Shown: positions 46,440 to 59,754, counted from the stretch's first letter. The stretch is 64,000 nt of DNA from Eukaryota sp. TZLM1-RC (GCA_040285825.1 JAUPSS010000005.1:1736001-1800000), one strand, 5' to 3'. Program-made: numbers and translations. The notes: generated from the letters alone by a model not told the origin.

Positions 46440-47490
46440 AAATAAACACAAAAATTAAAATTCTAAATCTTCATATCCCAAATCAACCAACAAAAATTGA
46501 CTGTAAGTTGTTCCTTCATAAAAACGATTAAGAGATAATAAAGCAGAAGACAATAACGATACAACACCTTTGATAATTAAAAATACAATTCTGTTCTGCC
46601 AAAACGTTTTGTCAAAAAATCTTCCTGTACACTGTTTTACAATTTTAACAAGATCATTCAAAAACGATAAAGCAAGTGGTCAAAACGTACCATTTAAGAA
46701 AAAACAAATGGAAAAAGGACATAATGAGTGTGAGATTCAGCATTCAAGAAAAACCAACTTTGCTCTATATTTATCAGCTTTAGAATTTTCGGCACCAGAA
46801 AGCGGATTCTTGTGTTTTGACTAAGCTAATGATATGAAAGAATTACTACACACATCAGTAATGATAGTGGTCTCATCAAGTCCTTCAAGCTTTAAATGTT
46901 ACGACCAAATGAATTCAAAGTGTTTTCATCAATAAAACGAGAAAGTAATGATTCTAAATAGGAGATAATTGTATCAGATTTAGACATACAATAGAGCTAA
47001 TCTCTGACTGCATCATGGACTTTTGATCGAAAAGTAATAAAATGTTTACAGTTAAACATATGATTTGCAGAAATTTTTGATCCACATTTGCAAATCAAAT
47101 TATGAGGAAGTTTATTGAGCCAAAAAAAAACATCGAAGACGCATTATACAAGAAAATGTGGTATCATCTAAGAGAAGACCATAAATTTGAGAAATCTGAG
47201 TTATTAAATAAGATGAAGAACAAGTTTAAGCATCTAACAAAAAATTTGCGAAAGCGGGATTATTTTCTTTGGCCGAACCAAGACGAACATTAAAATCCAA
47301 GCCTTCACAAATTATTCTTAATTTTTGTTGCAATTTTTTAACACAATACCTCAAATTTACTAGTTTTCTAGGTAATATTTTCTGCACATTGTCGGGAAAA
47401 CATTTACTCCAAATTTCAGGAGGCAAACAATCAAGGGAATTTTCAAGGTCTCTTAAATAATGTTTTAAACAAGATGAAAGAACAAGTCTT
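46440..47490 (-). mobile_element. Degenerate 5'-truncated CRE-like element (family C)
   Basis: YLRDLENSLDCLPPEIWSKCFP, CKC..HMFNC, HDAVRD, WQNRIVF; homologous to 28960-30033. Confidence 0.8.
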
Positions 47491-49420
47491 AATGTCAATG
47501 ATATTCTTCTATAGTTATGTAGGGACATCAAAAGTATACCACCAGGGAAAAATGCTCAAACTTTGAGGAGTATAATGGCTAATATTTATGTTGACCATTA
47601 TTACGCTCAGTTACCCTCGATCTGTACCCATGTCAGTGACCAAGGAGTAACTCGAATTTTGTATCATTGTGTGACCAATATTTATTCGAGTTATATGGTT
47701 AATATTCAGCAACACTCTTTCGAACATTTCTGCTGCTGGTTTAATGTTGCTTTGAAAAACAAAAAACAATTTTTGTTTCACCAAAAAAAGCACGAAATGG
47801 TGAAACTTATTTTTCGAATGTTTGAACATGAACTAAATTAAATTCAAACTGTTGACTTTAACACTATCAGTATTATACTTAAAAAATTTTGTTTGTTATA
47901 GGTCATCCACTTAAACACTCAAATAGTGGTGGCGGATGATGTTGTTCAAGAACTTGAGGATGAACAAGAGATGTCAAACAAAGAAGCTGATACTATTTTG
48001 GACGCCATGTCTATCGACCCTTGTAATTCCTCTAACGAACATTTCATTAACTCGGATGTAAATAATCCTCTTCTTGCAGGCGAAAAATATAAAATTGCTA
48101 AATATGCGAAATCCATTTCCTCGGTTAATGAAAATTCTCATGCCCAATATAATTTATGTCCCTTTGTTTTTTCTTTGCTTGGATCTCTAGGTAAGGCTGC
48201 TATGGCTTTCCTTGAGGATTTTTTTGTAGTTCTAAACGAAAGAACTGGAAGAATTTTCAATCGTGTTTACTGGCAAAACAGGATTGTATTTTCTATTTTT
48301 AAGGGAACGGTAACACTAATTTCTGATTCACTATCTTCTTTTGGGAAATTTTCTGAATCTTTAGCGATTAATTGTTTTGATGCAGGGGAGGCAGGTTTTG
48401 AGGATGTGGAGTTTTAATTGTGTATTTCATATTTGTTGTTGAATAAAAATAAATTAATTCAAAAAAAAGAAGCTGAAAAGTGAAACTCACTGCTCTTGGA
48501 TTTACAAGCTTCTGATGAGATTTTATTACCAGAGCTTCTATCAAACTTCCATCAGAGACAAAATATGTGTTCAAAAAATTGTGAACACACTTATACCATT
48601 AATGACAGTTTCCTGTGAATCGCCTTCGGAAACAGTCAAGGGTGCATTATTAGACCAAACCAAACATCTATTTTAAGCATCAATTGTTGGCGAAGTACAA
48701 ATCAATGAAAGCATTGTTCATCTATAATTAAAAACTTAATGAAAACATTTACGCTGCAACAGAATGCAAAACTGTGAATGATATGCTCCAGCAAATTAAT
48801 TTTAGTTTGACCACCCTATAAATCCTAGTCAAATACAATAAAGCCTAATTTACCTAATATGTTCTACAATATACAGGTACATTGGAAATATATCTTCAGA
48901 AATCTTTCATGCTAATGGCGGATATCAGTCGTATTTCTACAGAATTAATCGCGAATGCTGAAAGGGAACCACCTAAGCCTTGATGCATTTGAAACCTTTT
49001 TCCTATTAGAACATCATCACTTTCTCCGACGTATAAGCAGATCGAAACCAGAAGTATGCAACTTATTATTAATCAATCAAATCAACTGACTGGTGACTCC
49101 ATTGAGATTTCTATCACAGAGTTTGATAAAACTCATGAAAGTGATGATTAAATTATTGACGTTGACGAACAAAAACTTAAAACTTGGAAAAAGTACTCAA
49201 CATGCAGTATAGTGCCATGACCAAAAATACTAACGGTTACTGCTTTGATGGTAGTATTCCGACAGATGGCTTTGGAGTTTCAGTTCAACACAAGAGGATT
49301 GATTTGAAAAAATGTAAAGGCAAACAAAAACAAAAAGATGAATTATGTATTCATGATCTTTGTAAAATGTGAGGTCATTGCTGGAGTAGACCCTAACGAA
49401 TATGGTACCAAATCGGTATC
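47490..49420 (+). pseudogene. Further divergent Fanzor1 remnant (REC to RuvC-I), interrupted by a retroelement at 47991-48465
   Basis: IYVDHY..GVTRILYH....IYSSYMVNIQQHSFEHF..WFN; NLFPIRTSSLSPTYKQIET; GYCFDGSIPTDGFGVSV (TDG at 49262); IAGVDPN (D 49389). Confidence 0.75.
47991..48465 (+). mobile_element. Short 3' fragment of a CRE-like element (family B-like) with an A tail
   Basis: LDAMSIDP..KYKIAKY..PFVFSLLGSLG..WQNRIVF. TSD aaagaagctga at 47980-47990 and 48466-48476. Confidence 0.85.
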
Positions 49421-49814
49421 AGTAATAGAAACTCCGAATCGAAAAGATTTTCCTTATTAAATAAGTCAATCATATGCTGCTGAGATAAGTCATATCGAGT
49501 CCAGAGGAATTAATATGACTAAAGCAGAGAAAAGGTAAAAAATTTCAAAAAAAGAGGTGTGTGGAAAAAAATAAGAAATATAAGAAAAAATAGAAAAAAT
49601 AGAAAAAAAGAACAAAAAAAATCATTTAATGAAAAAAAGAAAAAATTTATAGAAAAATGAGACAAAATAATTATTGATTCTTACACTGCTGGTAGATAAA
49701 ACTTTGAACTTCAAATAGAGAAGTTCAGAGAAACGGAAACAATTTACTTGAACTCGATCATTTTTAGGATTCAGAGCAGTGAAAACTATTTCAAAATTGC
49801 GAATTAAATCAGAA

Positions 49815-52800
49815 TCAAACATGAGCTCGTATGGTGAGTAACCAGTTATCGAACTCTTGGACGAAGCATCTCTCGGTCTCTGTTTCAGCTATCCTATTTG
49901 TGTAGTAGATAGGGTGAAACGTTTGGTCGTTAGAATGGACCAAATGGTTGATGGTAGAATTGTCGTGGAACGGTACTATCCCAATGGTTCTCTTCCCCTC
50001 TCCTATGAATGATGTCGAAAAAGAACTCAAAAAGGGGGGAAGCCACCTTCTGACTATTCTGTTCTTGTTAGGAGCGGTGAGCATGTATGTAAGGTTTTGG
50101 TGATCTGTGAAAATAATCAGTCACCTTCCCTTGAGGTAGTTTTTGAAACCAATTTTGGGTAAGCATGAGGAGAATAGCATAGAGCTGTTCCTGTCCCGTG
50201 GGCCAGTTTTGCTGAGAGTTAGTTAACAATCTGCTGAAGAAACTGATTGGTCTGCATTTATTATTGAGTTAGGAACTACCAGGATCCTTAGTGGGTTCTA
50301 TTTGTTCCAAAATCACGCCGCCTACTGCTATATCGGATGCATCGCAACTAATAACCACTTGGTTATAGACCAGATGTAAGTTTAGGGGCATATGCTCCGC
50401 AATGAGACGTTTTATTTCGGCTAAATGAAAGTCGTGGCTGTCTTTCCATTGCAACCGACACATGGTTTGCATGTGCTAATTTGATGATTGGGGCAACAGG
50501 TCTGGTTACCTGGAAAGCCATTCCCTGATATAGTTGATTGAACAATGAGGCTACCGGCGTCTTGCACGGTCCTACGTCTGAAAAGAATCAGTAAAGACTC
50601 TGTGCGTGTAGGATCTATGGTCCTAGTTTTGTGTTGGAATCTGCTACCAAGGAGCTATATTGGGTGTCTAGAAGACACAAAATGGCACTTGGCCAGTTCA
50701 AGACGGACTCTACGGGTTCAAACTTTTTCGAGGACACGTTTTAGACATTCGAAGAACTCGTTGAAAGCTCTACCTACAATGATGATGTCATCTGTATAAA
50801 TGAATTCACCGTCTCCGCAGAAGATGTCTGCCATAACGTTCTGGAATACTGCAGAAACGTTTTCGAGGCCGAAAGCAGTACGTCTGAACATGATGCTGTT
50901 GTCAGGAATGCTTAGGTTACTCTTTTCCCAGTCCTTTTTCACAATATGCAGTTCCCAAAAGGCCTTAGGAGGGTCAATTTTGCCGACGAAATTTGCTTCC
51001 GAAAGAAAGACCAGCAAGTCGCAAATTCTAGAAAGATTAGCTTCAACGGGATCTGTGTTGGCGTTGACTCCGTCCTTGCCACTGTAATCACCGGTAAGGC
51101 AAGACTTACGATGATCAGGGTACACCACAAGACAAACTGAAGAGCTGAACTCATGGATCGATGGAACAGCAAATCTTTGACGAATTCGTCAAAGATCTGT
51201 TCAATGATTTTTTGCTTCTTGGGGTTTAACCTAAAAGGGGGACTTCTCACACGAACTCTTTTATCTTGAACGTTGATCTTTATGGGAGGATCATCAATCC
51301 CGTAGCATGCGGCATGAGGGTGAATGTCTCTTGAAACTCTTTCAAGGTTAGAAATAAGGTCTTCTTGTCATTGTCACAGTCGAGGTTAATGGTGCAACCA
51401 GAAGACTGTATGTGCTCCAACCAACATCTGGGGACGTTGACGATATCTGGGATTTGGAAGATTCGATGAACTAATTCAGCCTCAGGCAGTAATAATTTAC
51501 GATGTTCCTTATCCATCTTGATAAAGAGGCCTTCATCGTTCAATAAGCCTAAGTGGTGGAGCAAATTTCGACCAATAAGTAACATGTTGTTGTCAAACTA
51601 TGCTTCACATGTACTGGTTGGGTTACACTTCCAAGTTTATAACTCAGAATGCCTTCTGCTGACCCTGAAGACTTTGACATAATGTTGTTTGCAGACTTAA
51701 AGTTTATGTAATGGTTTGTCTTTTCCATGTTGCATTTAGCTGTTAAATCACCAGTGATGACTGAATATGGAAGCTCCAGAGTCGATGATTCCACCTGTTT
51801 GTGCTACTACCTTTTGCCAAGTAGGCTTGAACTGCCTCAGAATTGGCATCGCGCCACTGCTTGGATCTTTGGCAATCAGGATCTGGACATTCTTTGATAA
51901 TGTGGTCTGGATTATTACAGAATTTACAAAGACCAGCTTTGTCTTTTTTCTGCGTTAATTGTGTCTTGCTCCGTTTACTGAAGTGAGCAGGAGCGGTGTT
52001 GCTAGAGCCCACAGGTTTGAATTTGCCTATGCATTTTTTGTCCTTTGGATTAGCTCTGACATAGTGACTCATCTGTTGTTGATAACTCTCACTGATGTTG
52101 CTCTTCTGCAGAGATGCTAGCGGTAGATGTCTCCATGGGTTTATCTTGTTGATCATCATGAGGCTCAATACTCAAAGATGAAAAAACAGTGTCTGTGTCC
52201 ACAGGGTTAGGATCAGAGGGTCTTAATTTTACACGCTCATGTTCGCTGGGATAATAACTAGTGAAGGTTTCATCGAAAATTTACCCTTATTAGTGAACTT
52301 GAATTGGTGACGCCTGTGTTTTTTTGGACGTTCATAAGTGCATCTCTAAGAGGCCTATTTTTTCTATGTTCGGGGCCAAAATAAGACGCACAATGGTCTG
52401 GCGTGCGATCTTGAAAGTAGAGTCTCTGGAAATCCGTAGTGTTTGTGTACCACCATCCTGCCTTGAAGTCTTTGCTTATATAGATAAACCTCAACCAGGG
52501 CTAAACCTAGGGAATGGACAAGAATTGCATCGATTAAGGAAAGAATTCAGCTCGTCACCGGCGAAGATCCTCTGTAATCCTTCACCATTCTGTTCTGAAA
52601 CCTACAACAACGTCTCGTTGAGGGAAATTGGACGGTGAGTCATAACGAACCGTGAGGTTGTCTGCTTTTTCAGTGGGGAAGTAGGGGCCAATTCTTCTGG
52701 GGATCCTGACGCCGTAGTCATTGACTACTTCTGGACCCCAAAATGGGGGTAAAGCAGCAATAAGCTCATTAGAAGGAATCGAGGCGGGATCTTCTTGCAT

Positions 52801-53900
52801 TAGCTCAATACTAGCGTTACGAATTAAGGCTTAAGCTTCAGTCCTTTGCTGAACAGAGACAAAAGGAGAATCTGATTCCTGCAGCTGGCTGGGAGCTTGA
52901 TAGGTGTTATGCTGGGGAGCACTAAGCACCTGCCAAGGTGCAAAAGCAAACGAAACCACCTGACCTTGCTGTCAGTCTGGCCAGCGGTTGGAGAGATATA
53001 AATAACTTCCTTTGTAGAAACTTTTGAAGAAAAAACATGTGAAGTTGAACGGACTTTTGTAGGAGTTGCCGTAATAGGAACAGAAGTTTTTTGAGAATAT
53101 ACCACAGGGACTTCCGAGGAAGGAGTAGTAGAAGTTTGGTTTCCAGCAGGAGCTACAGGAAAAGCTGTTTGTTGCGAATGTTGAGATTTTTTCTCACAGA
53201 CTTTCGTAGAAGGAGTATAGGGATTTCGTTGTCCTTCCGCAGAAGCTTCCGTAGAAGGAGCGAAAAAATTGACGGGGGCGCAAACTGTGGGTGAAGAAGC
53301 GGACTCTTTCGAGCTTACCCTTCAACAAGTCCAATCTTGTTGAAATCTTGTTGCTGGCTGAGTCAGGGTCAGTCTCCTTTATGATGTACTTCGGATATTT
53401 ATCTAAAGTATTAAAATCTTGTGGCCCCTGCATGAATTCTTCGTTCTTTCCCTCTGAACCCGGGGAGAAAAGAGGAGAGCAAAAGAATCAAGGTCTTTGC
53501 TAGGGGGAACAGGGATATTTGATAGGAAGTGCAAAAAAAATCCGAAGATGGAGTAGTATCTTGAACCTGAGGGTGAGAGAAAATAACACTTGCTTCGCCA
53601 GCAGAGGGTGGTTCTGTTCCCAACTAAGGAGTTTGGGAGGAAGAACCCATAAAACTGGTTGAAGTGACGGTATCTCCAGAAGTAGGCGCCAGCACGGTAG
53701 GATCAGAAGCATTGCTTCCCTCTGACCCAGTTATAGGAGGGTTTTCTGTTTCGGACAAAGAGTTCGGGAAAAAGAACTCTGGTTTTGAGCCGGAGGAGGA
53801 TTAGTCCTACCAGACTCGGATTCATCTTTGAAACCCACCGGAGTGGATCCAATAGGTTTTGATGATCTGGATGGGTTAGTTGACATGTATACTTTAGAGA
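49815..53900 (-). mobile_element. Decayed Ty3/Gypsy LTR retrotransposon (gag-PR-RT-RNase H; integrase not seen)
   Basis: Gag knuckle CKFCNNPDHIIKEC, protease tail LLIGRNLL, RT PFRLNP / AFGL.N.SAVFQ / YTDDIII, RNase H CDASDIAVGGV and TDHQNL. Many frameshifts; LTRs not delimited. Confidence 0.85.
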
Positions 53901-54289
53901 TGTAATGAGATTTATTACGAAGGCACAAAGGTTTCCTGTGACTTGAATAATTGTACAATAAACTATATATAATAAATTATATACAATGAAACTATAAATA
54001 AAAATAAAAATATTATCCAAGGCTAACATGTTCACTTCCGTCAATTTCAATTTATAGTGAATTGACATTGAGACAAGTCAAGCAATTGAGTACATCAAAC
54101 CAGTGAAATATTTCAGATTTTCAATTTGTTGAAACTGGAGTGTTTAACTTCAAAATTGAGATCATCCTTTTCAGATCTTGAGTTAAAGAGGACTTACTCC
54201 AACTCAAGTCGAATCTAGTCAAGTTGTTATCAACTAACGATTCAATATTTGGGTTAAGTTTTGCCCAACTGTAATTAAATGTTGAATTT

Positions 54290-56200
54290 ATATTTTTGAT
54301 TGCTTTGTTGAATTACTTGTTCAGAATTGTTGCCTTGTTTTCAAACAACATATTGCACAAAATCTGATCTGCATTTTGGTGATTCTATTTTGAAATCATC
54401 AATTGGTGTTAAGCAAAGAGATCTTTTAGAACCTCTTTTGATTTGTCTGGCCATTCATCCTATTTTATTACCAAGTCAAGAATTGTTTCTTTTACTAAAA
54501 ATGATTGCCTTTATGGATGACGTTGCTATTATAAGTGACTTAAAATTTTTCAGAGGAGCAAGTAAATCTTTCAAAGAATTATTTAACAAAATTGACCTTC
54601 AACTTAATTTACTAAAATGTGTTTTACTTTCGAAATTTTCAGTTTCTACAATAGTTGATGGTAGTGAACAAGCCAAGTTTTATTCAACTGATGCTATTCG
54701 TCATTTGATTTCGTTCGTAGGTAGTAATGATGAAGTTGCCAAAGAATTGTTTGATAAGTTGAACTCATTTTCCAGAAAAAATAACCAATAATGGAATTAG
54801 ATTTACAGAAGCATATCAAATTTAACATTATAAGACTTTGCTTCGATTCCAGCTTTAATCATTTATTTAGATCTACAAATCCTCTCATCTCTAAGCTTTT
54901 GGCCCAGAAAGTTCAATGAATTACGTGCAAAGGTTTTATCACATCTACTAGGATGTAAAATGTCTCAAATTCCTGATCATGCTTATCTTAGTCCACACTA
55001 AAGCGGTTTAGGTTGGACAAAAACCTCAATTCTTACTTCATGTGCTTTTAGGGGTGGATGCAGAAATGTAATATTTGTGTTTTTTGAAAGATTTGCAGAT
55101 TGAGCAGATTTATCAATAACAAAACCAAGTTCTACTATTTTTGCATTAAATGAAGAAACTTCAAAAAATGATGTAAAAAAATGGAATCAATGTTTTCCCC
55201 ATTCACTCATAGGCAATATTTCTGAAAAGAATTATTTAAATTTAAAATACACTCTTCGAACGTTACTGAAGTGACTGACTGGAATGTAAAAATGATTTTT
55301 ATAAAAATATATGCAGCTTGGCTGTTTTAAATCAAGATCTTCGCTCGTTGTTATTGGGAAAAGGTATTTGTGAAAATCAGTCATCAGATTCATCACTGTT
55401 TGTAACCATTGTGCCACGAATATTTAAGCTGTGTGCTGATAATGAAACGTTTGCAACAAAAATGAGACTATATTTAAATATTCCCATTAATCACTTATTA
55501 TTAAAAGAAAAATGTATTTGTTCGAGTTCAACTCAGCTCACTTTGCGACATGCCCTGAATTGTTCGAAATTGATAACTTATCGTTCTTCATTGCATGATG
55601 TTGTTAGAGACACTGTTTTCAATATGGCACAAACTGCAAGAATTGCGTGTATCAAAGAGCCTCTGCTGAAGGAAACACTGTCATTGAATAATTTTATTTC
55701 TGATGATAGAGGTGATGTATACTGTGATTGTATTGGGAACTTTGAAGCTGTTGTTGACCTTGTCTCATGTAATGTTGCAAATGATACTTTGGTTCAGAGA
55801 AGAAAACTTAATCCTGTAAAACCTTTTGAATTTAGAGCCAAAGAAAAACGTAGAAAATATGACAAAAAAATTGAAGAAGCTAATACTGATAGAAATAGAC
55901 CACTTGGTTTTAGTGTTTTTCCATTTTCGATAAACGGAAAATTATCAATAGAAGCAGGAACTTTTTGAATGATTTCCAAAATATGGTTCAAGAAAAAACA
56001 ATGAAAAGATTTGATGTCTTTTTATGGCGCTCTCGAATTCAATTTACCATAATTAATAGATTACCTCGGTTGTTCAGTCGAATTAGAGAATCTTTAGCTA
56101 GACAGCAAACAGATCAAGATAATGTAGAGGAAATCTTGGTTCAATGAATTTCGTCTTATTAGTAATGAGTTTAATCTGTTCAGTGTGCAAGTTTAACAAA
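54290..56200 (+). mobile_element. Degenerate family A-related CRE-like copy
   Basis: GVKQRD, AFMDD, HALNC, RGDV, and a 3' UTR related to family A. Multiple stops. Confidence 0.85.
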
Positions 56201-56391
56201 TATTGTCAATTTTTGAGTCAAACATAATCATTTTTGAATAGAATTTGACTTTACGCTGAAGATTTAAGTACTGAAGTTCAAATCTATTAACTAAGTAAAT
56301 TCTTTCTAGGTAATCAGCATAAAATGTCCAAAACAGAGATACAATTAAAAAAACTTACTAAAATTTATCATAAATGTAACTAAATAATCCA

Positions 56392-57885
56392 CTACTGTTC
56401 TTGGTCTTCCTCCTCATCTGTAATAAAGCTATGACTCATAAACAAATCTTCAATGGAAGCAACATTAGCAGCAGAGTACAACCTTAAAACAGATTTGCCA
56501 TAAGGACGAAGTACACAGTAAATACCATCAGATTGTCTTGATATTTCGTCTAAAAGTACCATAACATTAGCCCAACAATTAGATAATGACAGATTTAATT
56601 GTTGAAGAATACCCTTGTTGGTCCCATACATTGTGGATAATAAATCTGGTGCAGTGTCAGCAACCCTGCTGACAAAAGCAAGCTGAACCATCGAAATATC
56701 AGCCAAAATTCCTTCCAATGCCCATTTACCCATTTGAGTGGTGTTAGCATGAAGCTCTTCAGCAAGAATCGCACCTTTTTTCTTATCAACTCTATGCTTC
56801 CATCCATTGAGCCCACTTTGTTCAAACCATTCGTAGAGGGTTCGGACATATAAATGTTCAAGAGAACCATCAGAACCTTGAAGAAGGCCATTCAGAGGGA
56901 GACGAAGTGCAAGGCGGAAACCAGAGGGTAACTCAAAAATTTTGTACCTAAACCCATAAGAAACATTGTCAGGAATTGATAGCTCTGACGGTGGAGATTC
57001 AAGATCAGGTACAGAATCTGGCACACTGACCAGTAACTCATCACGAACAAGGTTGCAGACAGAGTTTACCTCCTTGAACAATTCTAACGGAGAATCAGGA
57101 CCTTTGTCCTTGAAGGGAGCAGTTGTGGAGTTTTCATCAATAGAGACACCTTCAAACATGATAGCATCTGATCTTTTATCAAGCCAGTAGCAACCATTTT
57201 TCTTGACAACTGCTACATCAAAAGAAATAACTGAGCGGGGAGCAGTCATAAGAGAAGTCAGTACATCAGAAGTAGCAAAGACATTTGCCTTTCCGGAAGC
57301 GGCCATTTCAGCAAACACGGGGTCCTTGGAGGCTGTGGGGTTGGGAGGAGCTATGGAGTCACCGACAAGGCTTCGTTTAGTTCTAGAAGTAACAGTATCA
57401 AAGCTCTTGTCGTATATCCTTAAAGAACCATAATCACCAACATTGGTAGATTCTATTTTGACAGACTCAGGAAGGTTGGTCTTCCCGAGGTTTGTAAGTG
57501 AATACTCTTGCAAAAGTTCCCAGGAAACATCAGGATCAACTGCCAGAGATCTCAAAACCGCAGAAATCGTACGATCGGGTTTTACATAGCGTCTTCGTCC
57601 AGTATATCGCTGTTCGCGTCGCTGGGGTTGTTGAACCTGAGTTTTGCGAGTTGAAGGAGCAGTACGACGTGCAGGCTTTTTTTGAGTGGTTTTAATATCG
57701 ACAGCAAAGAAAGCTCCCTCACCTGTACGTGACTCTTTACTCTTTGAAGGAGGATGGGCACTTGATATATCAGCAACACGTCCTAATTTTTCCGTTCGTA
57801 AAAAAGGTTTATATGGAATCTCAAGATGTTCTGCATCATGGTATTCAGCTCTCGGCTTCCAGCAATCTTGACTAAAAGTGAACAT
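56392..57885 (-). CDS. EIF3D: Eukaryotic translation initiation factor 3 subunit D
   Basis: PYKPF...KLGRVAD, YDKSFD.VT, TAS.DP, NVFAT..VL..LMTAPRSV.SFD, W....D.KKGAILA.EL..N...KW, GIY.VLRPY.K..LRLY. ATG at 57885. Confidence 0.9.
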   Translation of the reverse strand: MFTFSQDCWKPRAEYHDAEHLEIPYKPFLRTEKLGRVADISSAHPPSKSKESRTGEGAFFAVDIKTTQKKPARRTAPSTRKTQVQQPQRREQRYTGRRRYVKPDRTISAVLRSLAVDPDVSWELLQEYSLTNLGKTNLPESVKIESTNVGDYGSLRIYDKSFDTVTSRTKRSLVGDSIAPPNPTASKDPVFAEMAASGKANVFATSDVLTSLMTAPRSVISFDVAVVKKNGCYWLDKRSDAIMFEGVSIDENSTTAPFKDKGPDSPLELFKEVNSVCNLVRDELLVSVPDSVPDLESPPSELSIPDNVSYGFRYKIFELPSGFRLALRLPLNGLLQGSDGSLEHLYVRTLYEWFEQSGLNGWKHRVDKKKGAILAEELHANTTQMGKWALEGILADISMVQLAFVSRVADTAPDLLSTMYGTNKGILQQLNLSLSNCWANVMVLLDEISRQSDGIYCVLRPYGKSVLRLYSAANVASIEDLFMSHSFITDEEEDQEQ

Positions 57886-57961
57886 GTTGAATAGTAGATT
57901 TGTGGAGAAAATAAGGATAAACCATCTTTTCCCTCTCAAACCTTGACCCTTTATTACTCAA

Positions 57962-58566
57962 ATGGGACTCTTCTCATGGTTTTTCAACTTTCTCAATTAT
58001 CTTGGGTTGTTTCAGAAAAAAGCCCGCATCCTACTTCTCGGTCTGGACAACGCTGGTAAGAGTACACTACTTAATATGCTCAAGTACGGTAAAGTGTCCA
58101 CCCCGCAACCTACACAACAAGAGGTCCATGCTCAGCTGATGCTCGGGTCTCTCCGTATAGATGCTATTGATCTTGGTGGTCACGAAACTGGTATGATTTT
58201 CTTTTGTCCGTGACCTCAGCTAGGGCTGCTTGGCGTGATCATTATGTTGGTGCAGATGCTGTTGTTTTCGTGGTAGATGCTAACGATAGTCCACGCTTCA
58301 GTGAAGCCAGGAAAGAATTACACGAACTTCTCAACGACAAACTTTTAGAAACCGTTCCGTTTGTGATTCTAGGAAACAAGATTGATCTTCCCGGCGCTGT
58401 CTCCGAAGCCCAACTGAAGCAGGATCTCGGTATTGGTCTCTTATGCACAGGAAAGCAAAAGAATCCCCAACCCCAGGATATCCGTCCATTAGAAGTGTTT
58501 ATGTGTTCAGTAGTTGAGAAGACAGGTTTTGCTGAAGCTTTCAAGTACTTGTCTGACTATTTGTAG
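57962..58566 (+). CDS. SAR1: Sar1 COPII GTPase, 2 exons (intron 58191-58219, 29 nt), 191 aa
   Basis: LGLDNAGKST, DLGGHE T|A RAAW after splicing, LGNKID, RPLEVFMCSV. Confidence 0.95.
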
Positions 58567-59754
58567 ATGTGAGCCGTGATGATTAAAATCATTCATGTGA
58601 GGTGAATGTTTTGTTGTTTGTTTTCCCCTGAAAATGTAATAAAAAAGTCTAAATAACATTTGAATTGGCAACAATTAGCATTATAAATTCACCCAACTAT
58701 TGTATTTTTGTTTTGAAACAGTGTTCGAAATCACATACACAAATCTGAATGATTGGCTTCTCGTTCCAATCACACATGTGATAATCATGGTCTCAAGGTT
58801 GATAAACAGGTCCTTTTGTGTGGTATTAAATTGTCTCTTTTCTCATGAAAACCCATGTGTATTTATTGTAATAGTAGCAGGGGATTAAAACCTATCAATT
58901 TTATCTACACATATAGAAAATACTAACCTAACAAATGGTGGCAGCAATCTGACATTCAAAATTCTAGTTGGTGTGTTCATTACGGAGAAACGTGAAGGTT
59001 TTTTGGCTATAATTTTGTTTTCCAAACGTTACACCAGGCGTTTATATCAACTAATTACCTACGAGAAATTGACTATCCAAAGATTTCCAATGAATCTATT
59101 GTAAAATTGAAATAATAAGAATTCATTACGAAGTTGGTTTCTGTACGTCTAGTATTGTAGCATGTTAAATTTAATTCGTCCGTGGGTCTCGATTTTCAGC
59201 CCTATCATTACATGCATGACCCTCGTTACTGAATGAGATTCTTGTGAATCTCTGGATATAGTACATTTGTTGTGGTTGAACATCAATACAGATTACAATT
59301 TTTATCTCTTTTATTGTAATTCGGATTAGAGGTCACTTTTGAAAAAATTCTTTGTACCACCTTTGTCAGAGATGTAACTTGGGCAGTCTTCGTCTAAGAA
59401 AATTGTAATCCGTATAATTGTGTTTACGATGACTATTTATTTGTTCTGTAGTTCTCAATTTTAAAGAATTTAAAAGAATCAAATTTCATTTTTCCCTACA
59501 TTTTGAATTTTGGAAACCGAAAAAAGATTCCTGATTATTTAGTTTTTGCTAGCTGAATTGCAGCCCCGAATATGGTAAGTAATGTTAGGTATGATTCCCA
59601 TTGCGCACCATACAGAAAGAATTTCTATAAAAGAAATAATTAAGGCAAATTACTGTCACCTCAACTTTTTCAGAAATAGCAGCAGAATCTATAACTTCCG
59701 CTTCAGGCAAACAACTCATTCATTGTTTTTTTCACTTGTGAATATGTTTTTATT

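Noticed and set aside
49540-49660. A-rich quasi-repeats as a CRISPR-like or satellite array
   Set aside because: Low-complexity tract with no repeat-spacer periodicity. No CRISPR array was seen in the window.
53930-54290. 5' LTR of the Gypsy element
   Set aside because: Plausible by position, but no partner LTR, clear TG..CA ends or PBS could be identified.
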